Source: Ministeria vibrans ATCC 50519 (lineage: Eukaryota > Protista > Filasterea). From it: a DNA stretch of 64,000 nt. Below the pieces are notes generated by a model. That model searched no databases and was not told where the DNA came from. It saw only the letters and a program-made list of their open reading frames with translations. The stretch lies in NCBI GenBank assembly GCA_943704425.1, contig CALSCP010002461.1:33823-97822 (forward strand), written 5' to 3'. Positions 1-13,200 of this stretch are shown piece after piece (position 1 is the first letter of the stretch; each line of letters begins with the position of its first letter). A program made the translations under genes and the position numbers.

Positions 1-690
1 GACGTGCGCAGCAGCAGGTCGCGATACATGCGTGTCGTCTCGTAACTGCGATGTACAGCCTGCACAGTTCCCGCCAGCCGTCGCATTGTCGGGTCCATGT
101 TGGTGAACACAAATTCGAACTTGGATTTCTGCAATCAATCAGAGGCAAGCCAAGCAAGATGATCAGTGAAAATAAACTGCGCTGAATATTCACCCTTGCA
201 GCCAGCAATAGTCTGCCTTTTGTCCTGCACGACGTATACGTACATCAAATTTGGTCAGCACGGTCAATGCTTCGGACTTGCCGCCAACGCGACTCTCAAT
301 GTGACGCAGAGTGAGCATTGTGATGGTGCCCAAGCCAATACCTGTCACACCCCCCCCAAAAAAACACACACAAGAGCACCCGTCAGCGCTGCTCTCTCCC
401 CATCCACACACTGCCAATGCGCCCATACTCAGGTTGATGCGTTTGCGCCGGTCGCTGATCCACAGCAGACGCATGTTCGTGACGTAGACAGTGCCCAGTT
501 CACTTGGGTTTCCTTTCGTGTCCTCCACATTCTTCAACTGGTCAAACAGCTTCTCGCCCGTGCGCAACAGCACAGACCTGCAACGGGGGTGCGTGCGTGA
601 GAGGGATGCGGCAGTACAGTCCCATTTCTGCTACTTTTTTGATTGGTTAAAACGAATCTCTCGATCTTGCCAGATCCCTTCCGCGTTCAT
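1..690 (-). CDS. BBS5: Bardet-Biedl syndrome 5 protein (BBSome), runs off window start
   Basis: Spliced reading: MNAEGIWQDREIRFNQSKK|SVLLRTGEKLFDQLKNVEDTKGNPSELGTVYVTNMRLLWISD..INLS|IGLG..EALTVLTKFD|..FEFVFTN..VQAVHRSYETTRMYRDLLLR. The WQDREIRF, VEDTKGN and FEFVFTN motifs are typical of BBS5. Start codon uncertain. Confidence 0.92.
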
Positions 691-878
691 CTGTACACAG
701 CAAACGAAGCGGGAGAGAGTCAGAAGTGCAAATTATTTTAGAGGCTGTAAAGTTAAATATGAGAAAAATTAATAAAATGAATAATAATAAGATAAGCAAA
801 ACGAAAAGCAGCACACTACTTCCGTCGTAACTCGTAGACATTATTATATTAATCTATTGAGTGAGTGTTTTATCTTTA

Positions 879-2717
879 CTATTTCTTGAAGATGTCTTGA
901 ACAACAATCTCAAAGACGGAGCAGGGAAGCGACAGCTTGAAGTTCTTAAGGACGTGCGGATGGACAGCACCTACAACGCCAATACGACGGCCACGCAGCC
1001 ACACAGCGGCACTCTGGTTGCCGAAGAAAAGCGGCTCATCGTCACAGCCTGCAATGTGGTACCCCTCGTCCGAGTCGGGAGTGTACGCAATGTTGAGCAC
1101 CTACATAAATGATGGTTTTAGTCCAACTCATATAGAAGACGCACACGCGCGCCGTATCGTACCTGCATGATGCGATCAAGGAGACCATGAATCGTCTCAA
1201 ACTCGGCGCGCTGACCCATGTGAAGGGCGGCAATGCGTCGTTCGTTGCGCGACTGGGTCTCGGTAGTGGCGTCGTGGAGGACGACGTCGCCTGCTTCGAA
1301 GAGGCGCAGAGGCAGGGGCAGGCGCAAGTTGCTGGCACACGTCTTGAAAAGGCCCGGCAGTAGCGACGTGCGCACTTCTTGGAACTCGAGAGTTTTGGGG
1401 TTTGCAATTTTAATGGGTCGCAGAAGGGGGGACTCGGTGCGACGCATGTGGGTGAAGTTGTCGTCGTGCGAGAGGAGAGTGAAGTTGAGCGCCTCGGTGA
1501 AGCCAGCAAGGGCCAGCTCGGTGCGCAGCTGGTCGGTAAGCTTGTTGAGCGGCTGCATGGAGCCCGTGGTGACAGTCGGGGGCAAAATGCGTGGGATGTT
1601 GTCGAAACCATAGGCGACGGCGACGTCTTCAGCCACATCGCACACGTGCAAAATGTCCGGACGGGTTGGGGGCACCTGTACCTCAATGGTTTCCGCATCG
1701 TCTGCACTCACACTCGCACGCAGCATCATCTTGGCGAGCAGCGAAGCAACGCGGTCCGGCGTGAGGTCGGGCAGGTCAACGAGACGACGCACGTCGCGCA
1801 TGGTGATCTGTGTGTCGCGCTCGGTCAGCACGGGCGTCTGTGTGACGGGTGTGCTACCGTCCGCATGCACCACGTCGCACGGCTCAATGGAAAACGGCGT
1901 CGTGCAGTACTCGGCAAACATGCAGCACATGATGTTGAGCACAATGCGTGCGCGTGTCAGGTCCGTCGCTGTGCACTCGATGAACACATCGCGTGTGTTG
2001 AGGTCAATCTTGGAGCGCTCGCCATTGATGATGGGCGGCATGCTGAGCACATGTCCGTCTGCATCGTGAATGACCGGGTAGACGGGAGAGTGACTGATAA
2101 TGGGCAGGTAGGGACGCAGGTGCATGTACGCTTCGTCTGTCGCGTACAGCTGCATCAGCTCGCGTGCAGTCGTTTCGGCCGTGCGCGACAGAGCCACAAA
2201 CTTAATGTCGTCAGGTGACTGTGCACTGTATGTGAAGGGTCCGCGGATCTTGCTGAGGTCGTGCGTCCCAATGGCGACCAGCGTACGCTTGCGACAGATA
2301 TTTTGATGCAGCTGACGCACCAAGAACGAATAAGAAACGATCATACTAATGGGTTGCACACAAATGGAATTCTCACCTTGTCCTGAAGATCAATAAAGCT
2401 CTGGTAGCGAGCGGGTGTGAAGGAGACGCCACGAAGCACAGCACAGACGGCATGGGGACGGATGGAGGCGGTGCTGGGCTCGATGGTGAGGCGCTGGCGA
2501 GCAGAGCCCTCGGGCGGTGCCCCCAGAGTGTAGGCGGGTGGCGTGATGAGGCCCAGGAAGACGCGCAGCGCCCGCGTGAGGCCCTCGAAGCACAGCAGGT
2601 CGTAGCGGTTGGCGGGAATGTCGATCTTGAAGACAATGTCGCCCAACGGCGCGGCGGCAGCGGACGAGGGCGCCTCCGACGCGTCGCTCTTGGACTTCTT
2701 CTCCTTGGGCGCTTTGC
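879..2717 (-). CDS. FARSB: Phenylalanyl-tRNA synthetase beta subunit, exons 2 to end
   Basis: KIDIPANRYDLLCFEGL, FIDLQDK|LHQNICRKRTLVAIGTHDL, LSMPPIING, VPPTRPDILHVCDVAEDVAVAYGFDNI, NPKTLEFQEVRTSLLPG, GAVHPHVLKNFKL. The N-terminus is absent locally (see 18850-19024). Confidence 0.96.
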
Positions 2718-2946
2718 CTTAACACACAACCAACAAGCGCCAGAGTCAGCGGCCACGTGCGAGGGGCAGGGCAGCAAGGCAGGGTGGATGGTGATGATGG
2801 GGGCGTGGCGGGTGGAGGGCAGGGAGTGCGTCGAGAGAGGCGCAACAGAAAGAGCAATGCGCATGAGACATCGCAGAGAGAAAAAGTGATTGTGCACTGC
2901 CATTTTTTAACTTTGTTTTTGTCTTTTTTGTTTTGTTTTTTATTTT

Positions 2947-2956
2947 NNNNNNNNNN
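2947..2956. other. Assembly gap (10 N)
   Basis: N run between the FARSB intron sequence and an OSTF1 intron. Confidence 1.
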
Positions 2957-3001
2957 CCCTCCCTCCGCGTGCGACCCCCTCCCCCGCCCCCTTCTCCGTA
3001 G

Positions 3002-3848
3002 TCCGATGAGCTTGCCTTTGACGAGGGCGATCTGCTGTACATCCTCGACAAGCCCGATGCCAGCTGGTACAAGGCCCGCTGCGGCTCCAGAGAAGGCCTC
3101 GTGCCCATCAACTACCGTACGGCAGACCACCGCTCTCTCCAACGCCTCTCTCTCTCTCTCTCGCTCTCTCTTTCTCTTTCTCTCTTTTTTTATTGTTTGT
3201 ATGTGAGAGTTTGTCGATTGCGCTTTCTCACTTTGTGCTCTCTCTCTCACACTCTCTCTCTGCGCAGTCGGCGAAAGCGCAGAAGAAATCGAAAACCCCC
3301 TGCATGATGCTGCTAAGCGAGGCAACATCAACTTCTTAAGAGACCTGCTGGCGACCAAGATGTCGCCCAACGCACTGGACAAGGTAGGGCGCACCCGTGG
3401 GCCGGGCGGGCCGGGCGACGCTTGCGTACTCACTGTCTCTGTCTGTCTGACTTCTTCCAGTCTGGGTCAACGCCGCTGCACTGGGCATCAACGGGCGGCC
3501 ACATTGAGTGTGTTGATGCGCTTCTTGAACTTCCGGTTGTTGCAGTGAACGTGCAGGTAAGAGCGAGATGTGTGTGTCTGAGTGTGTCGTTGACATTTTT
3601 TTCACTAGAACAAACTGGGCGACACACCATTGCATAATGCGTCGTGGAAGGGCCATGCGGACGTGGTGAAGGCACTGCTGGCGCATGAAGCGGATGCGTC
3701 GCTGACCAACAACGAAGGACAGGTACCGCTCGACCTGGCGCGCAATGCGGATGTGGGGTCGCTTCTGCAGACCGCCTCGGTCAGTGCTGCACAACTTGCT
3801 GAGTTTACAGAGCGGGAGGGGGATGAGGAAGACGAGGACAGTGACTAA
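3002..3848 (+). CDS. OSTF1: Osteoclast-stimulating factor 1-like (SH3 + ankyrin repeats), 5' exon missing
   Basis: SDELAFDEGDLLYILDKPDASWYKARCGSREGLVPINY (SH3), then NPLHDAAKRGNINFL, STPLHWASTGGH, GDTPLHNASWKGH (ankyrins) and acidic end DEEDEDSD. The first SH3 strand presumably lies in or beyond the gap. Confidence 0.9.
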
Positions 3849-4054
3849 GTAGTGAATCAACAACAATCGACAAAGTTATCACAAAGCACAAAGCGCAATA
3901 GATTAGAATGTCTCCGCTCCCTCTCGACACTCCTTTAGCTTAAAAAGTGGTTCTGAGCTGTTTGTGTTGTCGCTTTTCGTTTGTGATTGATAAGGAACAA
4001 AATAGAGAATCAAAAGCTATAATTCGATCACAGATCACAATTAATCATTTTGTG

Positions 4055-7000
4055 ATGATCTCTGTCTTGCTTGCCGCCCTTGTGGTGACTGCGGTACGTC
4101 GTGTGCGCACCCCCCCTCCCAGCTAACCCTGTCGGCTGTTGCCATGCAGAATGCCGCTCATCTTGACGTGCGCGTCAACCACGCGACGTTCGCCTTCGAC
4201 ATCATGCTCAACGGCGAGCGGTGGCTGACCAGCACGGGCGTGGACGTCCACTGCAACCGCAAGCAGTACGATTCGGTCGCAGGTACGCTCAAACTGTCGT
4301 CGCCCGTCACGACCTTCTCTGGCTCCGACAAACTCGGCTCATTCAACGCGACCACTGCCCAGTGGGCCGCCGACGACACCCTCTTCTCCGCCACCATCTT
4401 TGCCTACGCCGACAAGGCCGTTTTCCGCCAGCATTTCGTCAACGTATCCTTTTTTGTTATCGCTTGTTGTTATTGTTTTTTTTCATTTTCCGTTTCCGCT
4501 GTAGGGCGCCAGCGGAACGTCCACCGGCGACCGCGAGGGCGTCATGGCGTCGTTCCCACGCTTCCTGTTCGAGACGCCGGCTGCGCGGCGCGGCTACTTC
4601 GCCTACAACGACGATATGGTGGGCGATGCGCCGCACTTTGGCCAGTGGGACGAAAAGAGCAACCCGCCCACCGGCATCAAGGGCACCTCGCCCCTCACCA
4701 TGTTCAAGCAGGATCTCTCCGTCTCCTCCGTCATGAGGTACCTAAAAACAAAAACAACAAAAGGAAAAGCTCATTTTGTATGATACATATTATACATAAT
4801 AATTATTATAATTATAATAATTATAATAATATAATAATAATGCTCAATCATTATACTTACAAAAAGTTGATGGTAATAATAATAATTTATTTCTTGCAGT
4901 CCGTTTGCGAACTTTATGGTGGCTAATGCGGCTATTGTGAGCTCAAACGGCAACCGCACGCTGTGCTACGGCCCACTGGGCTCGCTCGAGAGCATCCCAG
5001 CGGCGTTCTCGCTTGAAACGATTGTCGTGGCGTTTGCGGGAGGCCCAACGGACGCAGTGCTGCACTGGGGCGACCAGATGCTCACGCAATACGAGAAGAC
5101 GCGCAAGGGACCCGACTTTGACCTGACGCTGACGTATCTCGGGTACAGCACGGACAACGGCGCTTACTACTACTACAACACGGAACCGGACATGAACTAT
5201 GAGGACACGCTGATTGCCGTCAAGAAGTACGCAGACAGCGAACACATTCCGTACAAGTACATTCTGCTTGATTCATGGTACGCTCACGAAACTGGAAAGA
5301 AGGGAGGGGGGGGGCAGTGAAAGAGAGAGAAAGACAAGAGAGAAGTTATGGGATGAGAGAGAAAGAGGGAGGGATTTGTTGTAGTGAGTGAGTGCGTCTG
5401 GGATTCTTGAGGCACTCACATTGTCTCCGCACTGCATTATTTAAAGGTGGTATCCTAAGGACTCGACTGGAGCAGTGACCGAGTGGGTGTCTATGCCCTC
5501 TGTGTTTCCCAATGGTCTCCAGTACCTGTACAACCAGACTGGTATGATGAGCGTTGAAAGAGAGAGAGAGAGTGTGTGTGTGTGTGTGACTCACCTCGTG
5601 CTTTTGTGTGTGTGTGTGTGTGTGTGGTTGCTCAGGATGGCCAGTGCAGGGTCACAACCGGTACTGGAGCAGCGAGACGGTCTACGCCAAGGCCAACGGA
5701 GGACCGTACAACTTCCACATTCAAAAGGCAGAAGGTGGTAAGCGTGCCATTGCCGCCCCTGACGACCAGATGTTCTGGGATTGGCTGCTTCAGAGCTCGA
5801 AAGAATGGGGTCTTGTCAACTATGAGCAGGATTGGTACGCATATACTGAAGTGCACTCGAGATTGCGTGGTTCAGTGTCTCACTTACGTGATTCACCTTT
5901 GACTCTGATGTAGGCTTGATGACGAGTACGACTGGTTCGACGGGTTCACGACGGACGCAACTTTAGCGCGACGATGGCTGATGCAGATGGGCACGGCAGC
6001 CAAGAGCAACGGCCTCACCATCCAGTACTGCATGTCTCACGTGCGCCATATGCTCCAGTCTATTGAGGTTTGCACTGCCACTACTCACTTGTCAGTGCCA
6101 CTCACTTGGTCCTGTAGATCCCGGCTGTGACGAATGCGCGTGCCTCTAGTGACTACCATCCTGGTAATCAGCAGTGGATCGTGGGTGTGACGTCTCTGCT
6201 CGCTCACGCCATTGGAGTTGCACCGTCCAAAGACAACTACTGGACCACCATGGTGCAGGTACAACACAAATATACACATATTCACAGTCAGTTACGCGCG
6301 CCATCCAACTCATTTTTTTCTTCTTCTCGCAGCCTGGCAGCAAGTGGGGTCCATTAACCAAGGAGCCGTACAACCGCCTAGAGAGCGCCATCAGCTCGCT
6401 GACCCGCGGTCCCGTTGCCCCCGCTGATAAGGTGGGTCACTCGGACACGGCTCTGATTGCCAAGCACTGCATGCCCGACGGACGTCTGCTGCGTCCCGAC
6501 CACCCGGCCTGGGTGCTTGACCAGTGGGTTCTCGACCAGTCGCTGCAGACAGGAAAGGGTCCTCAGGGCCAGCTCTACCACTCCGAGTCGCGTCTCGCGC
6601 AAGAGCACTACGCCTACGTCATTGCCGCCGAGCTCACCGCCGACTACTCTCTCGACCCGTCTCTCCTCGGCTACGAAGCCAACACGGCCCTCCTCGCCCT
6701 TGGTGTCAATGCCACCGCCGAGACCGCTCCCATCCGCGTCTCCTCTTCTGCACCCCTTCAGTTCTCTGTCTGTGGCAAACACGACTTTGAGCTCTTCACC
6801 CTCTCGCCCATTCTCTCCAACGGATGGTACCTCACTGCATCCAGCTGTGCATTTAGGATAACTTACTTTTTTTTTTCTTCTCTTTTCTCCTCCCTCTTCA
6901 GGGCCTTCTTGGGCGAGATCCAAAAGTGGGTGCGCGTGTCGAGCGACCGCTTCCGCGACCTCACCGAAACCAGCGAGGGCGTCGCAGTGGAGCTGGTGGG

Positions 7001-7127
7001 TGTGCCAGGAGAGACGGTTGAGCTCCTCTTCTTTGACTCCTCCTCCGACAAGTCCATGACTGTCAAGTGTGTCTTTGGCGCAGAGCACTCTCTCACTGCC
7101 AATGTGCCCGCCGGAACGTGCACTTGA
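4055..7127 (+). CDS. Secreted uncharacterised glycoside-hydrolase-like (TIM-barrel) protein, multi-exon
   Basis: Signal peptide MISVLLAALVVTA|NA; motifs YLGYSTDNGAYYYY, IPYKYILLDSWWY, VFPNGL, HNRYWS, WGLVNYEQDWL, QYCM, RASSDY resemble clan-D-like glycosidase folds. Family assignment is tentative. Confidence 0.65.
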
Positions 7128-7290
7128 GAAAAAGAAATAATATAAATATTTTTTTTTGGGTTTCCCACAATAATAATTTTAATTTTGGTTGGATTAGAGT
7201 TAGTATAATTATTTTTATGTACTTGCACTGCAATATCTTCTCTCTCACACATATCTCTCTATCTCTCTGCCATGCTCTCTCACTCTCCCG

Positions 7291-10200
7291 CTACAGTGTG
7301 GTTTCGTCAGCACCTCCAGTGGCAACAGCCTCCTCAGCACCGTCGGCCTCTCCGCCACCGACAGCAGTTGCATCACCCCCATCCACACCACCACCACCAT
7401 CGCCACCCGCCGGACCCATTGCCTCATTAAGCAACTGGTTCAGAACGAGCGTGAGCCATCGAATGCGTGGCAGGTCTTGTGCCCAGGGGCTTGCCAGAGC
7501 CGGTTGTACAGCCGCAAGGCAATCTTCCACCGTTGCAAACGCAACCATCAACGGCTCGTTGTAGCTCGCTCCCGCATACAAGATCCACAGAGCATTCAGA
7601 TCGGCCAAAAGCTGCTCGCTCGTCCGCAGAATGGTCATCGCAGGCAGCGTCAAACGCCACTCCTCTTCATCAGTCGGCACTCCATTCCGCTCGTTGCCAG
7701 TGGCATTGTTGTCTTCATTGTCGTCATTTTCGTCGTCGTCATCCTCCTCCTCCTCGGGTTGCAGTCGCTCTTCGTCATCGACACGGTGACCCTGACCAAA
7801 GAGATCCGCCAGACGAAGCAAACAGTTCAGCGCACTCGACATGACCTCCTCGGCAACACTGCCCAGCGAAGTGCACGTCTGCGACACCAACGGCGTCAGC
7901 GAGCGCAACCAAGTTGTGTTTATTTCGTTCAAAATCTTCTCAGAGCGCTCCCGCTCGAGCTGCATCTGGTCGTGGTCGTCGAGGGTGTGGCCCGTCACAA
8001 GAGCCATCCGCTCCGTCGAAACAGCACTCACAAAGAATTGCTCAAAGGCAGGCATGGCCACCAGCTCGTGAACGACCTGGTCCCAGTTGGCAACTAGCGG
8101 CGACTGACGCAACGCAATCAGCGGCGCCATTCGCTCCTCGAGCCCCACATGCAGTGACTCATTGAGCATGGCCGTCCATAGCTGTAGTGCCGGCTGGTGC
8201 AACTCTGCCACACAGGAGAAGGCATTCGAACACGCGCTCAACAGTAGGCTGTAGTACGAGCGGAACTGACGGTCCGTGACGGTGTCCACCTCAACGTCCT
8301 CGCCACGCGGAGCATTCAAAAAGGGTCGCGCAACGTGCATACACAACTGCGTGTAAGGACTGCTGAGCTCACGTCCACGCATTCGCTGCGAATCCATCGG
8401 TGCCGTACCCCACCGTCCCCCGGTGAGCTTCGCCTTAATCTGCAGGAATAACACTCGTGCATTGTCACGCTCCGCCTGCACTACCCCCTTGGCACCACCT
8501 TCATTTTCATCTTCCTCTTCGTCCTCTCCGTCTTCTTGGTCATCGTCATCGTCGTCGTCGTCATCATCGTCGTCTTCGTCTTCTTCCTCCTCATCCTCAT
8601 TCCGCATTCGGTACAGACGACGACGCTCACGGCGCGTCATGCCGTAACGCATAGCACGATAAAAACGCGTGTGTGCCTGTCGCGCGACCTCAATCACATC
8701 CCGCAACGCACTCGCATCCACCTGAATCATCACCTCCAGCAACTCCACAACGACTTCGCGCAATTCAGTCTGCGTGTGCGTGTTCAACACGCTCATTAGC
8801 GACTGAATGACAAATCGCCGGTGGTTCCAGTTCTTGGCGGTGTTGTCCAAATACACTAGACACAAAACGAATGTGAGAAACAACACAAAATAGGAGAAAA
8901 AAAATATATCAAATACCTTGCAATTGTTTAGGACGCTCCGTCATCAGCGTATTATTTGTCAACCGACCCAGCACTACAATTATGAGAAAATAAATAAAAT
9001 AAAATTTATTTATTATTATTATTATAATTTATTATTAGGAATGAGAATAAAACAAACTAATTATTACCATTGGTCATTGTCTGGATCACCCCAATAAGAC
9101 CATTGAGGGTCGCTGTATCACGACATGGGTCCTTCATCATCTGAACAATCGCTAATAGCGCCTTGTAGCCGCCCGAGCTGAAGAAGAGACCCGCCTCATC
9201 AATGCCAGTGACACACACCTACATTCACCAAAAATAATCGATTTAATTATTAGCATTGCTTTTTTCCTTCTCAATTTTTTTTATATATTTTTTGATTTTT
9301 TCAGTTTGGTGTACCTCCATGAGAGCAACGAATCGGGTTGTTTGGCGACTGACCCACTCGGCAGCAACCATCTTGGAAATGAGGTACTGGCGTACGGGCG
9401 CGGCGGTCTTGGCAAGGTAAAGAGCGAGTGCGTACATAGCGTCGGAAAGACCGGAGTAGACGCTGGTGAAAAGCAGGTAGTCAAAGGCCCAGTTGCAGTT
9501 GTTGTGCTCAACCCATGCGAGGGTGAAGGCCATGGACGACTCGCAGAGAATCAGGACAATCTTGTAGAAGCGCGACGACACGCGGTCGTTGTACTTGACG
9601 CTCTTTTCGGCGGTGTTGTGCGAGATGAACGAGCGAATGAGTCGATTGGTGTGCGCTGGTGATTCCGTGATGGGCTTGATAAACTCATCGAGTTTCTGCT
9701 CGGCGCACGACAACCACAAGAAGAGAAGCTCCGCCTTGTTCTCGTCCGACTCGTTCTGCTGGGCGTCAATGCATTCGTACAGACGCCACAGCTCATCAAA
9801 GTACTTGGCGCCAAACGAGCGACGCTCGTCGTTCGTGAGCAGCACCTTGCGCAACGAACGGAACAAATGCTGCATGTGAAAGATCGAGATGCGCTCGCCG
9901 CGCAGCGTGCCGTCCGTTGTGATCCACGGCATTCGCATTTGCGCCATCTTCTCGGCGAGCATCTGAATGAGCATGGAGCGCCACAGCGCATAGCGATGCG
10001 CTGCCGTCTTGAACCCGTGGCGCGTACGCACCTCCTCCACCGTGCCCACCGCATCATGTTTCTTGCACGCCGTCACGTACGCCGTCACAATCAGGTCAGC
10101 ACCACTGCGTGCCAGAATGCGGTCGGGCGCAACAAGCCACGGGAAGAGCCACTGATCGTGCAGCTTAAAAAGTGTTGCCGACGCCTCAACACTGTCCTCC

Positions 10201-13200
10201 ACAAGACGCTGCAGAATCTTCATCATCTCCTGCGCCAGCTTGCCCTGGTCCAAATTGACAGTTACCACACGAATGAGTTGCGCAACGGCCAGCTCCATAC
10301 GCGCCCCAACCACGTCGTCTACAGTGAACAGCAACCAGTGCAAAACCACGTCAACGAGCCACTTGAGGTTCTCGACATGCTCCTCATTGAGCGCCTCGGA
10401 CATGCCCGTCATGATGAGCTGCGACACTTCCAAGTTGTTGTGCGAGATGATCTGGAAGATCTTCTCAAGGTCCTTGTCACAGTACTGCTCCTTCAAGCAC
10501 TTGGTGAAAAATTCAAGAGTGCCACCAAAGAGCAGTTGCATCTCCAGCTCGGTCACCAGACGCGCATCGTCAGCACCGTTGCGCCACGCAGCGGCCGCCA
10601 CTGCCTCGGCCACAGTGCTCTCATGCGACTTGACCATCACCTTGGCTGGTGAGGCACTGGACGGCGCTGCGCCCTGCACAACACTAGACTGCTCGTCCTC
10701 CTCGACAAGGAAACCACCCGACTCGCTCACAACCACATGGCCCGTACCAGCACCACCGGCAGGAGACTTGATGGACGACGGCGCCGCACTGCTCTTGTTG
10801 TTGTTGTTTTTGCTGTCTGCTGTGGCTGTCTTGTCATCCATCGAGCTCGTGTCCATGTCGGTGCAGCCCGCGTCGTACTCGACGGTCGCACCGTCATGGT
10901 CACTCTCGTCGATGTTGTTGTTGTTGTTGTTGTTAGCGCAACTGTTCTCCGTCGCAATGGCCGTGTCAGCAGCGGCATTGGCCGAGCGGAACTGTTTGAT
11001 GAGTCGCTCATGCTTGAGCAACACCAATGCAAGCTCGCACACCACCTCAGCGATAGGCTTGAGTTCGACCGACGTGAACTTGTCGCCCATGACAGTCACC
11101 TTGGCCTGCTCCTCGGCAGTCCGCAGCGCGTACAATGGCGAATCTCGCTCAAGGAAAAAGTCGACAAGAATGCGCACGGCACCCAAGTGCAGCAGCGCAT
11201 ACTGCTCCTCAATGCCCTGCTGGTGCAACTTGTGAATAAGCAGCAGGAACTGATCGAGGGACCGCCAGTGCGGGGGAGCCTCGGGCACACAGGCAAGCAC
11301 AGCAGCCATGAAGCGCATGATGAGCGAGCGTGGTCGTGTCTTCACCACAATGCTCTTCGTCTCCTCGTCGCGCTCCTCCACCTGCTCCGTCTCGTGGTAC
11401 CAAGTGACCTCGGAGGGACGCACAAGCGACACGACGTGATTGACGAGCGACAAGAAGTGATCACGCACATCAGCCACCGAGCAATTGAGGAACATGTGTC
11501 GAATCCACGCACCATTCTCGTCCGTCATCATCTCGAGAAACCACAGACAAGCAGGCAAGTGGCGGGCATAGTACTTCTCGAGCATCGACACCCACTCGCC
11601 CAGTGCTAGAATGGTGCGGTCCTTACTCACAGCGAGTGTCTCCACCACGTAGTACGTCGCCAACTTGATCTTGTAGAGCATCACGTCAAAGGGACGACCG
11701 TCGTCCCACATAAGATCGCCTGAGGGCGGGCGCTCGTAGGCCGTCGAGATGTCCTTCATGCAGTCCTCCCCATCCGACACCACCTTGTCAAGGTTTGCTT
11801 GGGCACTTGCCGCGTCACCATCGTCACCAAATGCGGCGACGACCGCTGCCGAGATGGACTCGGGTGTGGGTGTGATAGAACTGCGCAACATGTCACGCAA
11901 GAAGCCCGAATAGGCACTGTCAAAGACGTGAGTGTCACGCCAGAAGGCCATATTCTGCTTCCAGATGGACTCGCGAATGGTGGGGTCCAGTGGTGCAGCT
12001 TGCTCGGGTGTCAAGTTAAGTGGATTCACTGTGTCATCGACGGACATGGTCGCCTCATCGGACGGGACAGTGGCAGGTGCAGGAGTGTCGTCAATGCGCT
12101 CGTAAAACAACATGTAGGCACTGTAAGGCTTGGGTGCCCACTGTGAGACCATTTTTTGCTGCATCTGATCCCACTGTTCAAGCGACTGTACTCCGCCATA
12201 GCACTGGTCGGCAATAAAGTCAGCGTCAAACTCCTCGACAGTGGAGTCATTGAACTGGTACCACGACAAAGGTTGACCTGGAAAGCGCGGCTCGCGCTCT
12301 CGCACAAACGAGTAGTAGTGACCCGAGTCAGCAGTGCCAGTGTGCACCAGAATACCCGACAGCTTAAAGCGGGTGTCGCCCTTGGCGACGGGCAGGGCGG
12401 CAAGAGCGGCTGCGGTGGTCTGGGCACGGGCAACGGCGACGGGGTCGGGCTCGCCCTGTGCAGAACCCACAGCATGCGCAGCGGCACTTGCGGCCGCCTC
12501 AGCGTCACGTCGTTGGATGCCGACGAGCGTGTACGGTTCCATGTCGAGCACTTCAGGAAACTCAATGTGGTCGTTGATCTTGTAGCGACGCAGCGTGTCA
12601 AAGTCAAACTCGAAGCGCTTCAAGTGGACAATGAGGGTGCGCGGAAGAGTCTGCACACAGGCACGCTTGAGTGCGGCCACCTTGCGGTCACACTTGGAGC
12701 AGTGGTACTTGTTGTCTCCATCGAGCATTTCACCCTCGCAGTAGAGCGCCAGGGACTCCAGCAGTGACTTCTTGTTCTTGACGTCGCACTGAATGGCAAA
12801 GTAGGGCTCTTCGCGTTCGCTGATATGATCGCAATCACGCGAAATGACTTGCTGCACAAGTTTGCCACCAAAATGATACTTGAAAAGGTCTCGACGGGAC
12901 GGCTCGATGGCATTTTCAAGGCGATCAAACAGCATGTTGAAGAACTCGTCCACGTCCATTTGCACCGCACAGTTCATGGGTTGCCCGTCGTAATCTTTGA
13001 CGGCATTGCAAAAAGAACGGGTGTCGTAGGCGCGCTTCTCGCTCTCAAGCAGATGCGAATAGAGGCGTTGCAGCTGGTAGAGCAGGGAGTCACCCTTGTC
13101 CTCGTCGGGATTGGCTGGCTTGGCAGCGAGGAGGCCGCGTCGGAAGGCGGGTACCATAAAGAACTGTTGCAGGAGGGAGTTCATGTAGCAGGTGGCACCC

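Noticed and set aside
647-841. ATG at 841 as a BBS5 first exon
   Set aside because: No clear phase-0 donor linking it to the exon at 690; left unresolved
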